Assembly (NCBI GenBank): GCA_030141605.1 | Contig: JAQGDQ010000018.1 | Location: 1,054,001 to 1,118,000 of the forward strand | Reading direction: 5' to 3' | Length of the DNA: 64,000 nt | Source of the DNA: Tubiluchus corallicola | Taxonomy: Eukaryota > Animalia > Priapulida | Shown: positions 28,801 through 37,493 of the stretch, piece by piece | How the letters are laid out: each line of letters begins with the position of its first letter | Position numbering within the stretch: the first letter of the stretch is position 1 | Notes under the pieces: generated by a model | Told to the model about the DNA's origin: nothing | Databases searched by the model: none | What the model saw: the letters and a program-made list of their open reading frames with translations, nothing else | Translations under genes and position numbers: made by a program

Positions 28801-31800
28801 TTTCTATCTGTGCCTCAGTACAAAGACAATAGCACAATGACCAAGCATCTATAACTTAGTGACCTTAGTGACCAAGTTTTAAGCAAAGTTGCGTCGTGGT
28901 TATTAAAAGAATCAGTAACACCCTGAAAAATCATTTTGCAGAGGTTATATTGGTGATGCTGATTAAAACATCTCTGAAGGCACACCTTTAAGGTGCATCC
29001 TTGATGATAAAGTAGATATCTCAACCATTAACAATAAAAAAGACCACCTTTTATAAGTACTACCATGACACAAGGACCATAAACTCTGTGAGCACCTCAG
29101 CAAGGCAAATCTAATTTAAAACTATTTATTACAACTTCACAAAAATTCAAAACATTAAATTTGGCCCAAAAAATTAGCCAAACAAAATTTAGTTGGATAA
29201 ATAAAACATACTAGTACCACTAGGTTTCTTGAGTTTGAAGCTTCCTTTAGGACGACCTCTTCCTCTTCGCACTGGGGCAACTGGTTGAGGGATAATGGAG
29301 TCAACATCAGTGACTTCAGCAGCGATAGCAGTATCTGCAAAAAGGTTGTCAATGTTAGGGAAACATCAGCAAATTCAGGAGTTTTACTTGTTTAAAAAGC
29401 TCAAGTTATCTCAATTAACTAATTAACAAAGCGACTGCTATAAATTTTTTTGTTTTGAACCAATGACAGCCTTAAATGGGGCCTTACAGGCCTTTTTAAA
29501 GTACCATGTACATCTGCTTTTTATGATCTATCATTAAATCAAATTAAAAAATTAAACAGCTCTAATTAATTAGTTACAAAGGTACTGCTAACTTTTTTTT
29601 GTTTTGAACCAAAAACAACTACTAACTAATCATTCTACCAAATTACCTACTATTAACTCAACTGTTAACCCTACTATTAACTAACTTGGATAAATACTTT
29701 TAGAGGACAAATTGAGTGAGAGAAGGAATCATCTGTTTTTTTCTTGGAATCAGCCAACAGTCTGCCAAACCGACTCTCACGAAAAGAAAAAATTTAAGTA
29801 ATTTAAATAATTTGTGATAACAGAAGAAAAATTACCATGCTATCACAAACCCACAATCAGACTATGCATCAGTGTCTCAGAAAGATAATTCTTGTTTCTT
29901 AATCGTTACTAAGTTACTATTGGTACACTTCTGGTTTTTTTAATATCTTTTGTAAACAGTAAAAGCCCTAACAGAAAGTTATGCATCTTTTAGGTTAGTG
30001 CAAAAGTTCAAATTTTTTAATTTTACGTAACACTACTCCAAATGCAAACCAAGTGTACAACGAAATCATGTATACATAGGTGACGTAAACTTTCAAATGA
30101 GTTTATGCATTGCACTTTCACATATCTAGTTGCTAAGAATACTGCAAAGGAACAATACTTTTAGAGCTTGACCACCGGTCAGGGAACATTAAAATTCCAC
30201 ATAATCAAAAGCTGTTAGAGCCAAAATACAGAGGGTCTGATTGGCCATTGCACGGTGGACCCTCGCTGGTTGATTGACATTCTGCGATCCGGTTTTATTA
30301 CCCATTGTTTCATTAAGCGGTGACTACTGTAGTAGAACAGAAAATACATGCAGTGCACCTTTAGATCCTACAATCACTGCTTCTTCAATGATCGAATTGT
30401 TCGCTTCATTAGCTAATGATGTTTCAGAATCCACCAAAGAGACATTGTTGGTATGCTGCTTATTTTGTTTTGGAGTAAAACTAGCAGAATCCGTGAATGG
30501 TACTGTTAATGTAACAGCCTCAATCTTCGTGTCTGAGGGTAAGCAAAAAAAAAGCATTGCTACATTTTAATCAAGGAAAGGAAATTGTAATATGAAATTA
30601 ATCTCAAGTAACATCCTGCCAAACTACTGTAAATCAGCAACAGAAAAGAAAATGTTGTTAAAAGGCTATAAAAACATTAGAAAGAATTATACATGTAATA
30701 ACGAAAATTGCAATGATTTTTTTAGTTTAATTCAAAGTAAAAACTACAGATATATTTGCAATTCTGCATATTTGTGTAAGCAATTTAAGAAACATTAAAA
30801 GAGCATTAACAAAAATACCTGAATTAGCTGGCATAGGTTGTAATTTGGTCATCACTTTTTCTGGATCATTGTTATCCGGTTTGACTCCATGAATAACCAG
30901 CAGATGGTGCCACATTTCATCTTCATGAAGTGAATAGTGAGAGCAAAGTTTGCACACATATACGATCTTTTTGTTGTTTGTGGCACTCGGCCGTAGCTGT
31001 TTTGAATGCACATCTAATTTTTCTAATGTACAAAAACATTACTTTAGGAATACTTGGTAATAGACATGGACTCTCAATTAATAAATGTTTATGACAGGTG
31101 AAAATTTCAGAGTAGTACTTTGTTGTATAATAATTTTTTTATTCTTTAGTACTTTACCATTAGTTGGCTTAAGACAGCACAGAGAATGGTATGACCAGTG
31201 ATAGAAGCTGACAAAGGAAACTCTTTAACATTAGTAGGAGTATAAAGATCTGCAGCATATGGAAAGTTATAGTTCATGCGACATACTTTAGCACTCATAG
31301 TCACTGACTGCAGATTTAGTTTCACAACATGTATGACAGACTACTGTGAACAAGATTTTTGCCACACTGGTGGCTCGTCTCAATACTCATTTGCATCAAA
31401 AGTGCTAATTAATCACATTTCTCACTTACTGGGCAGCTAAATGGGAATCCTATGTACTGCAACAATTACGCAAATGAATAATGTGATACACCATTTACAC
31501 TGGATTTTGCATATAATATGGTTGGTTTACTTAAATATACACTAAGATGAATGTGTCAGGTTGGTTAATTGCTCTTATTAAAGTGTAGGTGTTTATGGCA
31601 GGGCATCTAACTCAGCTAATCAAAATTGGGTATTGGTGGGTTTGAGATGTGTCGATTAGAGATTTAATTACATATCATAAATGGAAGTACACTGCTGATA
31701 TACAACGATAAACAATATGATTGAAAGGCACCCAGGATGAAGTGTCACGCCAAATGTCGTGGAAGTGAAATTCATTGATATCTAGATCTTCTACACAGTT

Positions 31801-32189
31801 AAAGTGAGAAAGTTGAAACTAAATGTGAGAACGTACACAGCATCAACTTTACAGATTTGCATCAAAAGTGAACATTCACAAAAACAAAACCACGTAAGTT
31901 TTCAATATGGTCTTGTGTTATAACAGGTATACTATGACAACCAATTAGCGAGGAAACAAAGCCAACCATGCAGGTAAAAAATATTACACAAAGCAACCAG
32001 CATTTTATATTAAAGCAAAATTTTCTTACTGTTATGTGTCTCCTTGTGTGCCTGGAACTTGTTATAACTGTGGTACTGTATATCACAGACACCACACGTG
32101 AAAACATCATTGTTTCTTTTATGCTCCAGAAATCCATTTACGTCATCAAACAGTTCATGGCACACTGGACATTCCACAGTATCAGACAT
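20100..32189 (-). CDS. ZFAT: Zinc finger and AT-hook domain protein ZFAT (6 coding exons, about 1208 aa)
   Basis: Exons 32189-32030, 31022-30819, 30532-30359, 29334-29212, 27310-27077, 22831-20100 join through GT-AG phase-1 introns into 3627 nt of open frame. About 20 C2H2-type fingers, AT-hook RRGRGRPKG, and ZFAT-type linkers (SINCSLYL, TFGELECEYCG, GKLGRRTHACTYC, HIWLHEGIKPF) recalled from vertebrate ZFAT. Confidence 0.88.
22990..23142. mobile_element. Short hAT-like MITE remnant
   Basis: TAGGGTTATTA...TAACAACCCCA ends with internal AACCGG/CCGGTT motifs. Confidence 0.45.
24330..24999. mobile_element. Tc1/mariner (pogo/Tigger-like) MITE, 670 bp, in a ZFAT intron
   Basis: TA|CAGTAGGCGCCGTTTATTAGACT ... 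AGTCTATTAAGTGGCGCCTACTG|TA: TA TSD, CAGT termini, about 23-bp TIR. Confidence 0.85.
26250..26530 (-). mobile_element. Possible degraded LINE ORF2 fragment
   Basis: LMYACDTWKL resembles the LxYGxETW motif downstream of RT; otherwise decayed. Confidence 0.35.
27077..27310 (-). CDS. ZFAT: ZFAT exon 5 (CKECGKSFSRARQLSRHKC finger)
   Basis: Acceptor TTTGTCTGACAG, donor G|GTTTGT, 234 nt, phase 1-1. Confidence 0.85.
29212..29334 (-). CDS. ZFAT: ZFAT exon 4 (AT-hook)
   Basis: Acceptor TTTTTGCAG, donor A|GTATGT, 123 nt; encodes PVRRGRGRPKGS. Confidence 0.85.
30359..30532 (-). CDS. ZFAT: ZFAT exon 3 (linker)
   Basis: Acceptor TTACCCTCAG, weaker donor AAAG|GTGCAC, 174 nt, phase 1-1. Confidence 0.7.
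30819..31022 (-). CDS. ZFAT: ZFAT exon 2 (conserved N-terminal finger YVCKLCSHYS...HLLVIH)
   Basis: Donor CAG|GTATTT; two in-frame acceptors 9 nt apart (exon start 31022 or 31013). Confidence 0.85.
32030..32189 (-). CDS. ZFAT: ZFAT first coding exon (MSDTVECPVC...CGVC...HKETH)
   Basis: Missing from the ORF track. Acceptor ATTTACAG before 32217, ATG at 32189, two zinc-finger-like units, donor A|GTAAGA in phase 1. Confidence 0.8.
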
Positions 32190-34603
32190 TCTGTTGCAAT
32201 TACTTTTATTTACAAACCTGTAAATTCATAACAAATAAAGAATAATTACAATATGATGGCTATTTCAGTTAAGTAATGGTTTTGTAAATGGTATATTTTG
32301 TCAAATTTGTGATTTTATACAAACACCTGGACAAGTGTAAATAAAAGAATATCCAATAATAATGACACCTGCAAGACACCAAACTTAAGCTACATGTGTA
32401 ACTTATGATGGTTAAAGCACTGAAATTATGCCGGCTGAAATGTCTGAGTAGCAGCATACTTAGAATTGTGCAGCAATCTTATGGTCTCCTATAGCATTCT
32501 GTAACTACTGTAAACGCAACAGCATAAAACAGATGGTCAGGCATCATGAACTGGTCTAGTTTGCATTACAAGTCCTGGGATCATGAATCATGGGAGTTTT
32601 TTTCATTATCCGAAGTTTAAGTAATGATATACTGTCAGTATAGAAAGTATAGTCAGTATATTCTGAAAGTTCTCTTTAAAGACAATCATGATGTTTTGAA
32701 ATTAAATCTTTAAAACGTGGCAACTGGAAGGTGAGTACATTTTAATCTATTTAAGGGGGTAAAAAGTGTTTCTCTGTCTACTTGAACATCAACCATACTT
32801 GGTTTATATATGTGAGAAGTGTTTTTGATATGACTTTTACACCTCAGAAAGTTCACATTCAAGCTAAAGTATAACCTATGTTTAAAATATTGATAGTGCA
32901 ACTAGCATAACACCTTGCATAGCATAGCAAAGCAATCAAATTTTAACTCTCTCGCTCGGTCTCTTTTATGAGGTAGCTACTCAGAATTTCTTAAATAGTT
33001 TATCAATAACAAAATAAGTGCCTTTTCTGCTATATAATGCTTAATAATTGCTTATTTATTAGTAACTACCTTTCTAAAGCAAAAATACATCAAACCATGA
33101 CAGAAATGCTTTACAACTTGTGCTTTAACAGGAAATGTAACTCACTTTATACAAAATGCATGATACTGTACGTAAAATATCCTCATGAACATTGGAAAAT
33201 AAGTATAACTCTTTTGTCTTTTGCATAGTTGGAGAGCCTTATCCTTACGTACGATGCGCATTCCTTATATACTTTTCCTCTTTTGTATTTTTGATATATA
33301 AAGAGATTCCTATGGTGGATTTTTTGGTTATTTATAAATGTCATTTTTGGGAATCATTTTAGAAACAAGTGACCATAGTCAGATTGACTTTCCTACTGCA
33401 AAATGATTATATTTCATGATGGTCAAAAGGTAATAGTTATTAAGAGACTGCGCAAAGTACATTTGGCAATGAGTGTCACAAATTATGATGAAGACTAAGC
33501 TGCTCATTTTCTTTGTCAGAGTTGGGTCCTCCTCAATCAGTAATGTGCATTCGGAGTCGCCTATTGCTCCTGAATTTATTGAGCATGTTCAATATCAGAA
33601 GCAAATATATCATCCTTGAATGGACTGAAACAATCTTTATTTTCCACACTTAGAGGATTTTGAATGAAAAATTCTCCTTCATGTGTCCGAACTGCCTCCA
33701 CCCTTAAATTGTTGTGCTTCAGTACTCATAAAATAGTGCTCAAGCATGACATTTAAAAGCAGCTAATATTTCTGAAAACTAGGAGGAAATGCTAAAAAAT
33801 GATACCCAAAAACCTGCAATTATGCAAACGATACATGAAAGAAAGTAATATATGTGACATCTCCACCTTTCTTCATGGACGAGTTCATGATGCATGGCCA
33901 GATGTTAAAAGTTTTGCCACATTTTAGACTAGGTGTAGTTTATGTAATACAAGAGCAATCAGCCCGATCAAATTTACATACATATAAAATAAGCCGATGC
34001 TAACAAAAATGTTTGTTAGAACTGTTCAATGCTGCAACTGATACAAACAGGTTTTGCTAACTTTGGTACATAGCTACTCTCTTTTGCTACGTCAGTAGCT
34101 TTTTGAGTACAAATCATTTTCTTTCCTATTTATAGATTAGCGAATTTTTCACACAATAACAGTGGGAAAATAGGCAGTGCACAATACATTATCTAGTTTT
34201 GGCAAATCAAATACACAGTTTGCTCGAGATTGTGAGCAAAGTTTACTTTATACACAAATAAACTCAACAGTAAAACAGATAACTTCAGAGATAAGCATGT
34301 AAGTTTAAACATTGATGTTTGTCTTCAAAAGTAAATAACTCTGCAAAAATTGATTGGCAATGACTGTGATGTAAATTATAGAAAATTACATGTAAAATTA
34401 AAGAAAAATTCGGTCTGCAACTTAGAGTGACTGAACTAGCAAAGCTAACTTCAGGAGTGCAGGATGAGTAATTTTTCAAACTTTCAACTCAAGTCAATTA
34501 CAAATTATAAAAGAATATCAATGAAAACAAATTACTCAAAACTTACTTAATGATTAAAAGAAAGTATTTTAAAGTAACTTGCTAGCAAACCAGTTAAGAT
34601 TTG

Positions 34604-34993
34604 CTATTTCTTTCGAGACTTTCTGGAACTTAGTAATGTCTGCAGTTCATCAATTTCGTTTTGCTGTATATAACCTTGACAAGTAGTTTCAGCCAGCATA
34701 TCAAAAAGTATATCTATCTTTAGTTTTAATAAATTATTTTCTTCACTCAAGTAACGGTTTTCTTTACGAAGTTTGTCTAACTCTTTACGAGTACTACCAT
34801 CCTCACTGGTATCACACAACCACTGACCATCTTGAAACATGAACTCCTTATCTTGCAGTTTGAGTTGTATAGGCCCATAATCACGGCCAAATTCAGCTTG
34901 TTGTGAAGCACGGTCTAAATTTAGATTTGACAGTGAAGGAGATTTCCGAGGCGTTGCTTTTTTTGCAGAAAATTTATTCCCAAACAGTGGCAT
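34604..34993 (-). CDS. CBY1: Protein chibby homolog 1 (basal body protein, beta-catenin antagonist), intronless, 129 aa
   Basis: MPLFGNKFS, RKSPSLSNL, FQDGQW and coiled coil LSEENNLLKLKIDILFDMLAETT match the Chibby family over the full length. Confidence 0.95.
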   Translation of the reverse strand: MPLFGNKFSAKKATPRKSPSLSNLNLDRASQQAEFGRDYGPIQLKLQDKEFMFQDGQWLCDTSEDGSTRKELDKLRKENRYLSEENNLLKLKIDILFDMLAETTCQGYIQQNEIDELQTLLSSRKSRKK

Positions 34994-35150
34994 TGTTGTT
35001 GTGAAATACTGATGAATACAAATTTAGAGAAAGGCAGTAGTAATCTAAAAGTGTCAGTAATCTGTCAAACTGTGGTCCCAAAGACAATTTGAAAAAAATT
35101 AATCACATTCAATCAGAAATGTTTCTGATAAACAAAGTCTCTACATAAGC

Positions 35151-35444
35151 TTAATTATTTTTTCCACTTTTTAACTGTTCATCTACATGCCGTGGTAATT
35201 GTGGACTAGTGAAATAATCTGCAGCAAATGAACGAACATCATCAGGTCTTTTGAGTAACACTTCACTTAAAAAACACGAAATCATGCATTCTACTTCAGG
35301 ATGGTCCTTCAAGTACTTTTCATTTTCTAACCGAGACTGGATCTTAAATTCTTTCAGTTTCGACTGCTGTTCAGAACTTAGAGCACCTGCATCATGTTGT
35401 TCTGTACTTTGCATTTTAACAGATGTAGAATTACTTTCCGCCAT
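35151..35444 (-). CDS. RIIAD1: RIIa domain-containing protein 1, intronless, 97 aa
   Basis: DAGALSSEQ..KLKEFKIQSRLENEKYLKDHPEV...EVLLKRPDDVRSFAADYFTSPQLP matches RIIAD1 (PKA RIIa dimerisation/docking fold). Confidence 0.93.
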   Translation of the reverse strand: MAESNSTSVKMQSTEQHDAGALSSEQQSKLKEFKIQSRLENEKYLKDHPEVECMISCFLSEVLLKRPDDVRSFAADYFTSPQLPRHVDEQLKSGKNN

Positions 35445-35622
35445 TGCTTTGACAAGTTTGGAAACCAGTTCGATTTTTGTACTGTACGAACGCTTACTTT
35501 GATCAAGTCACTATGACATTATTAGTCACTAATCCGCAAGATTACCCAAGTTCACATTTAAACAAACACTTCTAATTAAAACGTTGCTGGCAATTCCAGC
35601 TCAAGCAAGCCTCTGCGTCAAC
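35445..35622 (-). other. Predicted 5' UTR exon segment ahead of RIIAD1
   Basis: Acceptor GCTTTTTTGTCAG|G (exon start 35622); internal donor AA|GTAAGC at 35497; two minimal uORFs. Confidence 0.6.
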
Positions 35623-35999
35623 CTGACAAAAAAGCAATCTGTAGCTTTCAAAGTATAAGTCACTTAAGTAAATGACTGCTAGCTGAAGCAATTAGAACTG
35701 TGCTATGCCAAGTGAATCAAAATGCATTCATTGTAAAAATAACTCCGGTTATTCAAAAGTCTTGAATTTCGTTAACAGCGATTTTTATGTTCTCAAATCT
35801 CATTGAATAATCATAGTAATAGTAAGCTTTCGTTTCGACTGCATGATTAAAATAAAAAAAACGCTGTTATAAAATTGATAAGAAGCGCTACAATCGTAAA
35901 TCATAACATCAGATACACTAGTAATAGACATGAAAATTATACTGACGTGCAATTTCTATGGTTTGCATGCAGTAAGCATTTTTGTATTTTACGACTTAC

Positions 36000-36110
36000 C
36001 TTTTCTGGTATAATCAAAATGGAGGTTGACTTCTCATCACGTGACTAAGAGGCGCCGCCTGCAACCACACAAAATATGAAACGGAACATAATATTTCACA
36101 ACTCGCTAGC
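36000..36110 (-). promoter_or_regulatory. Predicted non-coding leader exon and promoter of the RIIAD1/CBY1/ZFAT unit
   Basis: Consensus donor AAG|GTAAGT at 36000/35999; local CpG patch with TCACGTGA E-box; stops in all three frames; a possible acceptor TTGCAG precedes 36058. Confidence 0.55.
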
Positions 36111-36123
36111 TGAACGTAGTCAG

Positions 36124-36560
36124 AATGGAAAAAAGAAATAAAAAAATAAAAAAGCAGCTAGAAAGCATCTAAAATAGAAGCTGAGAAAAGTGTGTAACAT
36201 GACAAAATTAAGATTTATGACTATGAAACATAGTGTGGAAAGTTGGGAACAGGCAACAAATTATGTGAGATGAGTGTGGTGAGAAAACAGTATTACTGAA
36301 TGGAAATTAAACATGATTAAATTAAAGTGTAATTATAAAAATAAGTGTAAGGATGATTTGATGTGTCCACTGTGTGTGAAGTAGTCTGGTACGACGGAAC
36401 ATCTGTTGAAATGTGAGGCAGCTAAAACATGTTTGGAGAGCGAGCGAAAATTGCCGAAAAAGATCTATGTTCAAGAAACTTTAGTAAGAGTCATGCAATG
36501 CTTGGATCAGACTGTGATAAAACTTGGAGAAATTCTGGTGGTCAATGTAGAGGTGTAAGA
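36124..36560 (+). mobile_element. 3' fragment of a non-LTR retrotransposon related to the 53.4-55.5 kb element
   Basis: Decayed WKKEIK...TKLRF...KLNMIKLKCNYKNKCKDDLMCPLC...TTEHLLKC, colinear with 54215-54495. Confidence 0.75.
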
Positions 36561-37259
36561 ACAACAGCGCGACAAGATACAGTTTTTTGGCTTGCTCCTT
36601 TATGATGTGAATATACAGATAAAAATGTTAGTACAGCCACTGTAAATCGCCTAGCTTTTCGTATGTGATGTATCATTGTGTCTATTGCTAATGCACTGCC
36701 ATTTTTTATTAGTAAAATAACAACAAATAAACGAGCTTTGGTTGGCTTCTTTCTTTTGACAACCAACAGAAAAACTTCATGACTTGGTAGTTTTCGTTTA
36801 AACTGTCCCATGAAAGTATTGCTGCTAAAAACTGACGACTAGGTTTGAGTTTTTCGTTTTTCTTCTGCGTGGAAACACCTGATAAAATACCAATAATTAT
36901 TGTTACTGGGGAAATCGAAGTCTTATGATGAAGGTTATTTGCTTAAGTGCATGAGTTCTAGCAGTTGTTAATTAGCAGTGTCAATTTTATATAATTAAAT
37001 GGAGGTTTCATGGACTTTCTAATTGGGTATAACACGACAAGTTTTGTTGCCATGGGCGCTTGCAATAATTGCTAAAAACCATGTGCGCATTAAACCACGT
37101 TCAGACAGTAAACTCGCAAGTGTGAATTACTTCACGATTTAGGCCTACTCTCCGCAAGAGTTAATTTACCAAAAAGGTACTGTCTTATAATATAATGTGA
37201 ATTCTTAATGATGGGCGATACCTCCGATTTCAGACCTATTTTAGTATCGCAATTAAGCC

Positions 37260-37493
37260 TATCGCTTACTTTCGTAAGTAAGCGGTGAGATGGCCCGATA
37301 GTATCCGATTCCAAATTTGTATTCCCAGTGCATGTTAAAACTTACGGAAACGGGTTCTAAGTTTGAAAGCGTGACTCAGCGTGTAATTTGATTCGCGATT
37401 TGCTCATGTTGAAAATTATTTCAAACGTATTTTCGCGTCATTTTGTCACTGTAAATTCATTAATACTAGCATTACTAGCTAGAAGTAAGCGAT
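37260..37493. mobile_element. Small inverted-repeat element
   Basis: TATCGCTTACTT at 37260 and AAGTAAGCGATA at 37482; local hairpin CGCTTACTT-TCGT-AAGTAAGCG. Confidence 0.35.

Noticed and set aside
30180-30327. Possible extra ZFAT exon after CTACAG
   Set aside because: A phase-1 join gives an immediate stop, and the intron would be only about 32 nt.
33400-33900. Possible third cistron downstream of CBY1
   Set aside because: The minus-strand frames I read have stops within about 35 codons; no recognisable motif.
36635-36662. CGCCTAGCTTTTC shared with the MULE-like TIR
   Set aside because: Only 13 bp, with no partner end or TSD found.
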